A DNA stretch of 64,000 nt from Octopus bimaculoides. Its lineage: Eukaryota. Below are positions 1 to 14,200 of the stretch, piece by piece (positions within the stretch are counted from its first letter, which is position 1; each line of letters opens with the position of its first letter). The position numbers and the translations under genes are program-made. The stretch lies in the NCBI RefSeq assembly GCF_001194135.2, contig NC_068983.1:7612533-7676532 (forward strand). The letters are read 5' to 3'. The notes under the pieces are model-generated. The model did no database searches and was not told where the DNA came from. It was given only the letters and a program-made list of their open reading frames with translations.

Positions 1-672
1 AATTTATGCCTACCCCTAAAATGACTGGCCTCATAGCAAAATTAGCAAGAATTATCATTCGTCAACTAGTCAGACATTCAACCAACTAATTAAGCAATTG
101 ATTGATTAATCGTTTGGTCTCTCAATCAATCGGCTAGATTTATCAAAGTCCTATCATCCTCATCAGTGACATACACTCCCTATTTCAGGTCTGTCTCTTT
201 CCTAATTTATAGGTTCTTTGCTCATTTACTCTTTTACTTGTTTCAGTCATTTGACTGTGGCCATGCTGGAGCACCGCCTTTAGTCGAGCAAATCAACCCC
301 AGGACTTAGTCTTTGTAAACCTAGTACTTATTCTATCGGTCTCTTTTTGCCGAACCGCTAAGTGACGGGGACATAAACACCCCAGCTTCGTTTGTCAAGC
401 GATGTTGGGTGGGGGGGACAAACACAGACACACGAACATATATACACACACATACATATATATATACATATACATATATACGACGGGCTTCTTTCAGCTT
501 CCGTCTACCAAATCCACTCACAAGGCTTTGGTCGGCCTGAGGCCATAGTAGAAGACATTTGCCCAAGATGCCACACAGTGGGACTGTACCCAGAACCATG
601 TGGTTCGTAAGCAAACTATTTACCACACAGCCACTCCTATGCCTTATTTCGTTTATTTTGATTTTATTTCAG

Positions 673-771
673 GTTGTGGACAAGTGTATGATAGATGGAG
701 GAGATGAATACCTGCAACTTCTGGATCTCCTGAATACTATTATGAACCAAATATGCCATGAAAGGGAATAG
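673..771 (+). CDS. RFC4: Terminal coding exon of replication factor C subunit 4 (VVDKCMIDGGDEYLQLLDLLNTIMNQICHERE*)
   Basis: Follows a strong acceptor (tttattttgattttatttcag), phase 0, 33 codons ending in TAG. Matches the recalled human RFC4 C-terminus [31 protein letters not shown]. Earlier exons are outside the window. Confidence 0.85.
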   Translation, partial: VVDKCMIDGGDEYLQLLDLLNTIMNQICHERE

Positions 772-798
772 GACATTCTTTGCTTCTTGCAAATGAAA

Positions 799-865
799 AA
801 TAAAACATATTTTCATACATTTAACTTTACTTCATGAGAGAGAGAATGAGAACTGCCTTAATAAA
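799..865 (+). promoter_or_regulatory. Candidate RFC4 polyadenylation signals (AATAAA at 799-804 and 860-865)
   Basis: Canonical hexamers about 30 and 90 nt after the RFC4 stop, upstream of the next repeat. Usage is not demonstrated. Confidence 0.4.
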
Positions 866-3800
866 GATGTCATGTGTCCGATATCTTTTATCTTTTGCTT
901 CAGTCATTGAAATATGACCATGCTGGTTTTAATCAAACAAACCAAACCCTGTACTTCATCATCGTCATCGTACAATGTCTGCTTTCCATGCTAGCATGAG
1001 TTGGACGATTTGACTGAGGACTGGCGAAACAGATGGCTACACCAGGCTCCAATCTGATTTGGCAGAGTTTCTACAGCTGGATGCCCTTCCTAACGCCAAC
1101 CACTCAGAGAGTGTAGTGGGTGCTTTTACGTGTCACCCGCACGAAGTCCAGTCAGGCGGTACTGGCAATGGCCACGCTCAAAATGGTGTATATTATGTGC
1201 CACCCGCACAAGAGCCAGTCCAGGGGCACTAGCAACGATCTCGCTCGAAAATCCNNNNNNNNNNNNNNNNNNNNNNNNNNNNNNNNNNNNNNNNNNNNNN
1301 NNNNNNNNNNNNNNNNNNNNNNNNNNNNNNNNNNNNNNNNNNNNNNNNNNNNNNNNNNNNNNNNNNNNNNNNNNNNNNNNNNNNNNNNNNNNNNNNNNNN
1401 NNNNNNNNNNNNNNNNNNNNNNNNNNNNNNNNNNNNNNNNNNNNNNNNNNNNNNNNNNNNNNNNNNNNNNNNNNNNNNNNNNNNNNNNNNNNNNNNNNNN
1501 NNNNNNNNNNNNNNNNNNNNNNNNNNNNNNNNNNNNNNNNNNNNNNNNNNNNNNNNNNNNNNNNNNNNNNNNNNNNNNNNNNNNNNNNNNNNNNNNNNNN
1601 NNNNNNNNNNNNNNNNNNNNNNNTCTTCGCAATCTGAGTTTCGTGTCCCAATGAAGGAGACGATGTTGGCATGGGTGCCAGTCGTCGAATTTAACTCTAT
1701 TTCGATTTCACTTGCCTCAACAAGTCTTCGCAAGTGGAGTTTAGTGTCCAATTTAACTCGATTTCGATTTCACTTACCTCAATAGGTCTTCGCAAGTGGA
1801 GTTTGGTGTCCAATGATATCATCGTTAAACGTCCGCTTTCCATGCTAGCATGGGTTGGACGATTTGACTGAGGACTGGTGAAACCGGATGGCAACACCAG
1901 GCTCCAATCTAAATTTGGCAGAGTTTCTACAGCTGGATGCCCTTCCTAACGCCATGATGATGTATATGCATACATACATACACACACATACAGAGGGCTT
2001 CTTTCAGTTTCTGTCTACCAAAGCACCATTTGAGCATGGCCGATGCCAGTTCCGCATGACTGGCACATAAAAAGCACCATTCAAGCGTGGTCAACGCCAG
2101 TGCCACCTGACTGGCTCCTGTACCACATAAAGAGCACCCAATACATTCTCAGAGTGGCTGGCATTAGGAAAGGCATCCAGCTGTAGAAACTCTGTCAAAT
2201 CAGATTGGAGCTTGGCTTGCCAGCCCTCAGTCAAACCGTTCAACCCATGCCAGCATGGAAAGCGGATGTTAAACAACGATGATAACAAACAAATCCACTC
2301 ACAAAGCTTTTAGTTAGTCCAGGGCTACAGTAGACAAAACCTGCCCAAGGTGTCATACAGTGGGACTGAACCCGAAACCATGTGGTTAGACAGCAAACTT
2401 CTTAATCACATAGCTATACGAACACTTATTAGGCCAAATGATATAAAACTGAAACTTAGTAAAATAAAAAAAAAAATAAATAAAAAATGTATAAAATAAC
2501 AAGCAAAACAAATTTATTTCTCATAACATTAACTACAATAACCAAAATTTGGAAATCTGCAAAGTTTGGAATTAAACAGGAAATAAGAAAGGGAAATCAT
2601 TCAACTATTAAAAAGACATGCTAAGAATATTTTTAATAAGAATTATTTTTTTTCTAAACTTACATTCTGATATTATTTTAAAAAGCTTTTAGACCAGCAT
2701 TAAATTTTCAGTTTTAAATCTTTGAACTCTTATTTTAATTAAATACACAAACAAGATTAATTAGAAATTGGGGCTTAGAATTTATACTTTTTAAAAAAAA
2801 TTGATATCAAAATTATGCCTTTTAATTTTCAGTTTCAGACATGAATTTATTGATAACATATTCTTGTCAGACTTATTGAAATAATACATATATCTCGATA
2901 AGATGATGTCTTTGTGTGATATATGGTAAAAAAACCCTGATATGATGTTGGTAATGAGGAAGATAAAAGCAACAATTAACAATTGTTTTATTACTCTATA
3001 TAATTAAAACAACATATATGTGGATTCTTCATCAGAATACAGTGAGAAGTTCAGTTTATTATCGAGAAGGACTTAGAAAAATAACATACAGAATCAGAGT
3101 TGTTTTATGTACTTTTGTTTTGTTAACTGTGATGGCTACTGTCTTATCTCTGCGGATGTTGCATTTGTAAGTGAATTTATTAAAATATAGTAATTAGTAG
3201 TATAGGTGTTGGTAGTGGTGGAGGTGGTTATATAATGCTAAGCTACTGACTACATGGCTGAGAGCTCTGACTTCGTTATAGCCAATGCAGTTGATGATAT
3301 TAAATGAAGACATAATTATGTTGCCCGACCAATCAAGATGTTCTAACATTGTGAGAACATATAACAACTATAAAAATCATGTTCTCAAATAATATAAAAA
3401 TGTTTAAATGTACAAAACCATCCTACCCATGCTAGCATAGGATAATGGATGTGGTAGTATTGGTGGTGGAGGTGGTTATTGCTGTTCTAATTAAATCAAG
3501 GAAATTACATTTCCATTGATTATTTTTCAAATTAATCTGTTGGTCACAACACCTGACAGAAATGCCACTGTTTTTAGATGACAGGGCCAGGATTTGAACT
3601 TAGAATGCACAGAGCTGAAACACTGCAATCGGTCCTGTCTGACGCTCTGACAATTCCATCAAGTCACTGCCCTGCATTGGTACACGTTTATCAACCCCCC
3701 CACCCACTGAAAGGAGGAAAGGCAAAGTCGACCATGGCAGGATTTGAACTCAGAACAAATACATCAAGGCATTCATTCTACCCAACACTCTAATGACACT

Positions 3801-5541
3801 TCCAATTTCCCACCTTCAAAATGGATGTAAAACAAAATATATTAACCTGTGAGTAAGATATGTGTGTTTTTTTTTAATTAAAATTTCTGTTTGGAAGCCT
3901 TCAAAGGGTGCATGCTATATACATATATCATACACAAAGTTTAAGCAAGAGTGTGAAAGGCATTTTCGGCAGAATACTTAATAGAATATACTGGAATGTA
4001 TTGTAAGAGAAAAACAATGTAAATATATATATATATATATATGCATATAAAAATAGTTTGAATTTCTTAAAATGTGCTCTTCTCCATTTAAAAGACAATA
4101 ATTTAGTCATAACAACACTCCCAGTACATCTGATTTATATAAAATTTTGTCATCTCCAATTCCAGTATGAGTACAAAGAAGATATATCATTATATTTTAA
4201 ATACATGTCTTAAAGCTTAGATAGCATACCAAAACACTTACTATGTGATTAAACATTAAAAAAAAAAAGATATAGCCAAGTGTAAATTTCTTTGTAAAAA
4301 AAAAAAAAAAAACTGTAAAAAATCATAGAAAAAATATTCCATTTTCGTATCCGATATGGAAATAACATTTTAGGTTATGAAAAATTTAATCTTTAATTAC
4401 AGCTGAGGCAAAAAATTGCAGGGAAAAAAAGTTTTAAGCTAAGGAGAGAATAACTCCTGAATGTTATCACCAATCGAGGAAATTGTTAAGAGATACATAA
4501 TCCCCATTATATGTGTATGTGTGTGTGTAGACAAACATCAATATCAGTACATAAAATTAGGTTGTATGGCATCAGTAGTGGTGGTCACCAATTTACAATA
4601 ACATATAAAGGACAAACAGAGTAAATGTATGATAAATTATGACACATTTGCTCTGTATATCATAATTGGTAATACTGCTAAGTACAGCAGTAACCACACC
4701 ACTACACTGATTGTAGACTGGACGATGATACTGTACATCGAGCTCTAAATTCATCAGTTGCAGTTGTACATCTAATTGTACGCACAAGATATACATAAAG
4801 TAAGATCAACGACCTTATTTTTCCCAATTCACCATTTGTTTATGTATGAAATATAGCAATATATTATACAGATACGAAGCCTTAAAGAGAGTGGAGAGGA
4901 ATAAAAAGAGAAATTGTGTTGTCATATTGATACCATATAAAAAAAAAAAGGTAGAAAAAGCACAATGGAGTTGCAGATTTGTGACATTACCACTGTACCA
5001 CAGTGCTTGCCTCATATAAAAATATACTAATCATTTGTTATATAGGCATTATGTTTTAGACATATTGTGGAATCATGCAGCTTACCAATCATTCTAGTCA
5101 AAAATAAGACCTCTGCTATCCATAGGATTTCTGCAGAAGCAAGCAGCTTCTAATGTTATTGGATTACATATCAATTTGAAGAAAATTCTCTATAGTTCTC
5201 AACATACTGGAGCACCTCTTATACTTTGTGAGGTCTTGAAACACTAGATGAAAGCTGTTTCAGGAATTAAAACAAATGGTGGCTGCTTCTTTGTTATTGC
5301 TAATTATTGGGATTCTTTAAAAATGCCATGGGTGTTAAAAAACAATTCTGAGGTCTTTACGCAAAAATAGTATCATTGAAATTATAATTAAAGTTATAAA
5401 AAATTTTCTTTAGTATTTCCATTAAACCTTGAGGGATTTTTCTATTTCAGAATGAACTTTTTAAAACAGGAATCTGATAAAGTAAAACAAAAAATTTGCC
5501 ATGGAAAACAAATCAAAGGGAAAAACAGGATTTTATAATAA

Positions 5542-5659
5542 TTATGTAAGTTTCAAAATTTTAGAAATCTTTGTAACAGCTAAATTGTGCATCTCCTCTT
5601 TGTGTTCTTGGAAATTAGCAATTGCTAATTCTTTGGTGTCTTCCCACTGATAAAGAAGT
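5542..5659 (-). CDS. LTA4H: LTA4H terminal exon: [38 protein letters not shown]
   Basis: 118 nt including TAA; acceptor ctcgtttacag; starts phase 2; aligns to the human C-terminus QEHKASMHP. Confidence 0.92.
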
Positions 5660-8600
5660 CTGTAAACGAGACAAAGAAGAGAGATAATTAGATAAATTTC
5701 ATAACAAAACATAGATCTTCTGTCTGAATAGTATCATCATCATCATCGTTTAACGTCCGCTTTCCATGCTAGCATGGGTCGGACGATTTGACTGAGGACT
5801 GGTGAACCAGAAAGCTGCACCAGGCTCCTATCTGATTTGGCAGAGTTTCTACAGCTGGATGCCCTTCCTAACGCCAACCACTCCGAGAGTGTAGTGGATG
5901 CTTTTACGTGCCACCGGCACAAATGGTGTATTTTACATGCCACCTGCACAGGAGCAGTCCAGCGACACTGTCAACCATCTCGCTCGAATGTCTTTTCATG
6001 TGCCAGGAAGGCGAAGCTGGTAACGATCACGCTCAAATGGTGCTATTTACGTATATTAAAAGAAACAACCCTTGATAATGCAGAGTAGCAATGTATATTC
6101 TCTAGAGCAAGATCCCTCTGCTTGTCATGGAACAACGCCATCTCTGACCCTATTAAATATTCCTGTCACTTAGCCCACTGGGGGACTTCTTCCTTCTCTT
6201 TCCTTTTCTTGTTCTTTCTTATTTTGCAAATTACCTGGCAACAGCATCAATACAGGTGGCAAAAGAAAAAAGCATCCAGTACTCACTGTAAAGTGGTTGG
6301 TGTTAGGAAAGGCATCCAAAAACCATGTCAAAGCTAACATGGAGCACAATGCAGCCTTGCAGCTCACCAGATCTTGTCAATCTGTCCAACCTATGACAGC
6401 ATGGACAATGGGTGTTTAAGGATGATGATGATGATGACAGCATAGTCATGGTTAGAATTGGCCTGTAGCTTAACAAGATGGCCACTTGGTACTTGGGAGA
6501 TTTTAGAGCATTTCATTCTGTTGCAAACTTGCATTCCTCTCACAGGTATTTGGGCCGGGTGCCAGTTGCACCTACAACCAACACCCTAACCACTAAGTCA
6601 CATACTTCTACAGTGAGGCCCCTCAAATGAAGGGATTACCCCATCTGTCGCCAGCATCTTCGTTGCAGAGTGTTATTGCATTATGACAGCCACCTACACG
6701 AGGTGGGAAATTGGAAACAGCAGGGAGAGAGACGATGATGACAAAAGACTGGAGGGGACAAAGACACCCACTGCTTTCACCGAAGACACCTCACCATCCT
6801 TCTGTCTCACTGTTGAGACTGCAGCAGCTACCTCTCACCCACAAAGTTGCCTCACACCTGGCTCTTTGGTTCTTCCCACCACCACCCCATCACTCTTCCT
6901 GCTGTCAGTACAAGAAAAGGAATGCTAAAGGATTAAATAATGATTGCAGAGCGAATGATAAGTTATCTCCACTGGCTTATGATAAAGAGGAGAGAGAGAG
7001 AAATTTAAGAGGGAAAAAGGGAGGAGCTGTAAGAGAGACAGAGAGGAAGAGAAATAAAGTGATATTTACTCGTATATTGGTAGGAGAAATTTCAACCGGC
7101 CTTGTTTATTAATGAAGCTAACAGCATGAGGAATGCACTTGCTCCATTTAGCTCGCAGACAAAGTCTCAACCACCTGGATGTTTGAAAATAAAGATCACA
7201 AGAGAAAACAAACGTTAAGAACTAAAATACACACAGGTACTAAACAAGGCTGAAAATACAACCACAAAAAATAAAACAAGGTAAAAATTTTAAAATTCAC
7301 AAAAGGATATCAACCATGCTGTCTTGTCTTTCTGTCCCTTGCCTTACTGGCACTTGTGCCAGTGGCACGTTAGAAAATCATTCGAGCGAGGTCATTGCCA
7401 GTGCTGCTGGAATGGCTCCTGTGCAGGTGGCACGTAAAAGCACCCTCTACACTCTCAGAGTGGTTGGTGTTAGAAAGGGTATCCAGCTGTAGAAACTCTG
7501 CCAGATCAGATTGGAGCCTGGTGCAGCCATCTGGTTCACCAGTCCTCAGTCAAATCGTCCAACCCATGCTAGCATGGAAAGCGGACGTTAAATAATGATG
7601 ATGATGATGATTCCAATGGCCTCTGTGTGCCACCTCTACATAAGTTCATTTCTCCTAACCCTGTCTTCCTCCTTCAAGTTTTTGTGTCTTTCTCACCACT
7701 CAACAAAAAAGACATTTGTTCATCTGTTTTATGCCTGCTTTTAAATGCATGCATAGATTGGACAATTATGCTATTAAGGTACTGATTTACAGCCAGATGC
7801 TCTTCATGTCACTAACCTTTCACAGTTTTTCAAGTAAGGGATCTTTTGAAGGGAGCAAGTGATTTGTTCACAAGAGAAATGTCAACAGCAACACCACACA
7901 CTTTTGCTGCAACTTTTGTGATTGCAGATATAAACACCCACCCACCCACACACTGCATATCTTTTGGGGTTTTTTTTTACTTCTTTCAGTCATTTGACTG
8001 TGGCCATGCTGGAACACTGCTTTGTAAGGTTTAGTCAAACAAATCGACCCAAGTTGTTTTTTTTTAAAGCCTGGTACTTATTCTATCTGCTAAGTTGCTG
8101 GGACAGAAACAAACCAGCATTGGTTGTCAATCAGTGTTACATACACAGACACATAAACAGATATACACATGACAAGCTTCTTTCAGTTTCCATCTACAAA
8201 TCTACTCACAAGACTTAGATCAGCCCAAGATGCCATGCAGTGGATTGCACCAAGAACCATATGGTTAGGAAGCAAGCTTGTTACCATAAAGCCACACCCT
8301 TAATATTCTTTTCTACTCTAGACACAAGGCCCAAAATTTTTGGGGAGGGAGTCAGTCGATTAGAACGACTCCCCAGTATGCAACTGGTACTTAATTTATC
8401 GATCCTGAAAAGCAATGTCGACCTCGACAGAATTTGAACTCAGAATGCAAAGACAGACGAAATACTGCTAAGCATTTCGCCCGGCGTGCTAATGTTTCTG
8501 CCAGCTCCCCACCTTCCTATGCCCTTAATATTGTAGATATACCTGTATCTATCTATCTGTCTATCTTATTTCTTTATTGCCCACAAGGGGCTAAACATAG

Positions 8601-9031
8601 AGGTGACAAAGAAGGACAGACAAAGGGATTAATTTGATTACATCGACCCCAGTGCGCAACTGGTACTTAATTTATCAACCCCGAAAGGATGAAAGGCAAA
8701 GTCGACCTCGGTGGAATTTGAACTCAGAACGTAAAGACAGATGAAATACCACTAAGCATTTCGCCTGGCGTGCCAACGTTTCTGCCAGCCCGCCACCTTT
8801 TCTATCTATCTATCTACATATATATATATATATATTATTAAAAAATATGGCAAAAAATCATATATTAATTAATATCGATTAATTACCAGGAAGCTAGCAC
8901 ATTTAAAGAATCAAAGAGATTCAGAAACAGTATCTGCAATCTCAGGGGATTAAAGTACATTTTTATATACACAAGATGTGATCTATTTCTAGCACATTGA
9001 ATGTCCACGTTAGTGGTCAACGTCATATATA

Positions 9032-9062
<31 letters not shown>

Positions 9063-9659
9063 TATAATACACCCAAAGGGATTCACAACCCATTGGACAT
9101 CCTAGAGTATAGCAAACACCATGTGATCAACACAACATGTATTTTGGATTAACACAACGTGAATTAGGCATTAAATACTTGTATGGGTTAAAATCTCTGT
9201 GTGCACAACCTGGATATTTTTCTGGGTGTACTTCAGTACCCTGTATATTTATTCGACTAAGGATGGTGCTTAAAGGTTGATTCAACTCAACCTGGTGCAT
9301 ATCATTTGAGGACCTGGCTCCCTCCAGAATCCTTAATATTGTATGTGTATATATATATATTATTTATTTATTTACGCGCACTTTTAAAGCCTAACCAGGC
9401 TCATGGGCCCGGTTTCTATGGCATATGTGTTCCCCCCAGCTGGATGGGACGCCAGTTCATCGCAGCGTTACTCAAGAAACAGTGAGAGAAAATTGGGGCA
9501 AAAGAGTACAACAGAGGTCGCCACAACCCCCTGCCGGAGCCTCGTGGAGCTTTTAGGTGTTTTCGCTCAATAAACACACACAACGCCCGGTCTGGGAATT
9601 GAAACCGCGAGTCCACTGCCCCAACCACTGGGCCATTGTGCCTCCACACACACACACAC

Positions 9660-9709
<50 letters not shown>

Positions 9710-11258
9710 ATATTATTATTATTATATATAAATATGCAACTGTTTGTGGAAATTGAGAAAATGCATTTATGTATATATACTTACCGAAACAGAATCTCTG
9801 AATTTCCCTGAGAAAATAAGTGATATGCCGATTCCATATGAGCAATCTTGGTCAAACTAAAGGGGTCCTGTGAGAGAAAGAGAGAGCACATTATACTGGA
9901 CATTTCAAGGTCTCTGTAAAAGCGTAGGCTACTGTTGGTTATGATGAGGATGATGATGATGATGATGATGATGTTGATGATGCTAGTGATGGCGGTTCTG
10001 GTAAGTGTGATGATTTTCTTATAATAAATGTAAGCAAATGAGGACAAGCCCATGGCCTTCATATGCTGTTACCTTTTATGGCTCATCAGGACACTGTCCG
10101 AAAGGAAGTTCCAGAGATGGAATTGTGGTCAAGTTGGTATGGATTGGCGTGGATAAAGACATTGTAGGGGGTGATGGAAGGAGGAGAAAGAGTCGAATGC
10201 ACAGAAGGGGTTTGGTGGTAGTGGGAAATAGTGAGTGAGGATTCGAACTCAGTAAATACTGAAAGCCAGAACAAATACTGCAAAGCTTTTTGCCCTACAC
10301 TCGAATGGTTCCACCAATTTTTGGCGTTTTATGATGAATGATGTTTAAGTTCATGTTTGAAACAAAAGCCATGAAGAAGGGGAGGAGAGTAGAAGGACGA
10401 GGAGAAGGGGTGGGGAAAGGAATGGGGAGAGAGAGGGGGAAGTGAAGGAGAGAGAGAGAAGGGGAAGTGAAGGAGAGAGAGAGAAGGGAAAAGAAAGAGT
10501 AAAGGAAGGAGGGAGAGAAGGGAGAAAGGAAGAGTAAAGAGGAGGCAGAGAGAAGGGAAGGGGAAGAGGAAAGAAGGGGAGGAAGAAGAAAGGAGAAATG
10601 GAGGGAGAGGAGGAGGGAAAGGGGGAAGAGGGAGGAAAGAGGAAAGGGAAGAGGAGAGGATAAAGAGTCTGAATTTTTCAAGATTTACCTGTTCCATCAA
10701 CTGGTTGAGGAATTCCAGCTTCTGTGGAGTTGAGAATTGGTCAAGATCTGCTGAAGAGAACTGTCCAAAGTTACTGTCTCCAGTTGAACACCATCTTTCA
10801 CTCAGTTGCTGGCAAGCATTAGCAAGGCATGACTGATATCTAACAACGTGATGATGATGATAATAATAATAATAATAAAACACTTTCAATACAGTAAACA
10901 TAAGAGCACCACAGCAAACCACAGCACATACCCAAGGCGCACAGAGCTGCGCTCGGTAGTGAAGTGAAAGCACGTTATAAAAATAAAACTACTGAAAAAT
11001 AATAATAATAATAATCATTATTAATGATGACAGAAATATTCTTTTCTACTCTACACACAAGGCCTGAAATTCTTGGGGAGCGGGGGAGGGGTAGTCGATT
11101 AGGTCGACCCCAGTACGCAACCAGTACTTCATTTATCAACCCTGAAAGGATGAAAGGCAAAGCTGACCTCGGCGGACTTTGAACTCAGAACGTAAAGACA
11201 GATGAAATACCGCTAAGCATTTCGTCCTGCGTGCTAACGATTCTGCCAGCTCGTCGCC

Positions 11259-11292
<34 letters not shown>

Positions 11293-14200
11293 TAATTCTT
11301 TCTATTATAGGCAGAAGGCCGGAAATTTCAGATGGGTAGGGCTAGTTGATTACAACGACCCAGTGCTCAACTTGTACGTATTTTATTGACCACAAATGGA
11401 AGAAAGATGAAATTGACCTCAGTGGAATTTGAACTTAGAACTCTAAGATGGATGAAATACTATTGAGCATTTCACCTGGCAAGCTAATGCTTCCACCAGC
11501 TCACCACCTTAAGAATAATAATCCTTTCTGTTATAGATACAAGGCCTGAAATTTTGGGGGAGGGGTTAAGTCGATTACATCGACCCCAGTACTCCACTGG
11601 TACTTTATTTATCGAGCCCGAAAGGATGAAAGGCAAAGTCGACCTCGGTGGAATTTGAACTCAGAACATAGCGATGGGCGAAATACCACTAAGCATTTTG
11701 TCCAGCATGCTAACGATTCTGCCAGCTTGACATCTTCTTCATAATAATAATGATGATGGTTTCAAATTTCTGCCACAAGGGCAGCTTGCGGGAGGGGATT
11801 AAATCGATTACATTGACTCCAGTGCATAACCGGTACTTATTTAACTGACCCCGAAAGGATGAAAGGCAAAATCGACCTCANNNNNNNNNNNNNNNNNNNN
11901 NNNNNNNNNNNNNNNNNNNNNNNNNNNNNNNNNNNNNNNNNNNNNNNNNNNNNNNNNNNNNNNNNNNNNNNNNNNNNNNNNNNNNNNNNNNNNNNNNNNN
12001 NNNNNNNNNNNNNNNNNNNNNNNNNNNNNNNNNNNNNNNNNNNNNNNNNNNNNNNNNNNNNNNNNNNNNNNNNNNNNNNNNNNNNNNNNNNNNNNNNNNN
12101 NNNNNNNNNNNNNNNNNNNNNNNNNNNNNNNNNNNNNNNNNNNNNNNNNNNNNNNNNNNNNNNNNNNNNNNNNNNNNNNNNNNNNNNNNNNNNNNNNNNN
12201 NNNNNNNNNNNNNNNNNNNNNNNNNNNNNNNNNNNNNNNNNNNNNNNNNNNNNNNNNNNNNNNNNNNNNNNNNNNGGCGACCCCTGTTGTACTCTTTTGC
12301 CCCAACTTTCTCTCACTCTTTCTTCCTGTTTCTTGAGTAACGCTGCGGTGGACTGGCGTCCCGTCCAGCTGGGGGGGGGGACATATACGCCATAGAAACC
12401 GGGGAACTAGACCCATGAGCCTGGTTAGGCTTTAAAAGGGTGCATAAATAAATAAATAGTTTAGTCATTACCCTACATCCAGGAAAGAAATAGGATGGTC
12501 ACAGTTGCAATGCCATTGATCAAGGGCTGACCAACAACAACCACCAAAATTCTAGGCTACATAACACAATCTTAACTTGTTAATATCTGGATCTGTCTCG
12601 GAAACAAGGCATTAAAATTTGAACAGGAACTGATTATTTCATTTTACTGTTACTATCTTCAGTCACTTAACTCTGGCCATGCTGGGGCACACACACACAC
12701 ATTGCTTTGACTCTAAATCTTATTTCAATAATTTCAGAAACATGAAAAACAAAGAAAGCGTGGGTAGGATTTGAACTCAGGACATGAAGAGATGTAAACT
12801 ACCATAAATTACTTTGTCCATTGCCTGACCAATTCTGCAGAGAAGAAACCGTGAAGGTTAATGTAAGAAATACTTACGATATAGGTACTGCTGGCATTCC
12901 AGTCTCAAAGAACCAGTCATTCCAGTTCACTCTCCTTAAAGCACTGCCTTTGCCCTTCATTAAACAGATTGAAAATGTAGGAATCATGAAGACATCGTGA
13001 TAGAAGGTATTATAAACAATGATTGAAAAAAAGAAAAAAAAACACAAAAAAAAAACCGACAGATTCACTGGTTGGATTTGAACCATAGACTTGCTGGGCA
13101 AATCCTTTTACCCATCAATTAAATCACAACAGATACATGGCTGGCATACAGGTTCAGGAACAACATCAATAGTTTGAGATGATGGAAGAGTGATGGAGTG
13201 GTGATTATGATGGAAGAGTGATGAATATAGCAGAGTAGTGATAATGGTGGAAAAGTGAAGATGGTAGACTGATGATTAAGGTGGAATGATGGAAATAACT
13301 GAGTGATGGAGTTGACAGAGTGATGGAGATGATGGAGTGATAGAGATGACAGAGTAATGGAGAAGGTGGAGTGATGAAGATGGCAGAATGATGATTATGG
13401 TGGAGTGGTGAAGATAGTAGAGCGATGATTATAATGAAGTGAAGATGGTGGGCTGATGACGATGGCTGTGTGGCAAAGTTGTTATTGGACACAAACTTGG
13501 TTAAGGAAGTTGATAACATGGCAAAATAGTACAAATTTGGAAAGTTATTAGTTTAGCAAAAGATTTTAATCTGGTCAGGTTTAAACATAATGAGTTAACA
13601 GAACAACAGGTAAATATGACAAAGTAAAACTCGTTTTCTTTATTTACATTTTGTCTCTATTAATACATAAATGCTGCCTGCATATGGCAGCAGCTACCTT
13701 TTACACACACTTATTTGCACTTGGCTTGTCATTCAAGTTAACATTAGAACGGATGAGACTAAAATTCATTCCTTGCCAATCTCAGTAGGTTCCCCCCATA
13801 CAATGCATCATCGCCATGTTGAGTCATATTCCTTCCATATTGTCTTTTACTATGGATTTGGGTTATAGGCTAACACAACCTTGTATTAGCCTATAACCCA
13901 AAGTTTAGAGAGAAGCTAGGGCTTCTTTCTAAGCTTTGGTAGAAGCCTGTCAAATGTAATTCCAGCCTTGTGACAGTTTTTCACCAAGTCTACTTGAGGA
14001 TTACATTAAGAGTACAGGTGTCAGTGGAATACTCAGCCACTTGGAATATAATTCAATGGAAAGTTGATATAATTCAATGAAAAGTTCAGTTGATCAAACA
14101 ACTGAAATCATCATAATTGAAACCAACTTTATTTAATGACCAGTGAAGTAATAACAAGTGTACCTGTGATTAGCTTAGCAGACTGAGAAAAGCTAATTAA

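Noticed and set aside
11030-11880. CRISPR-like repeat-spacer array
   Set aside because: Eukaryotic context; the units are ~220-bp SINEs separated by microsatellite, with no cas genes.
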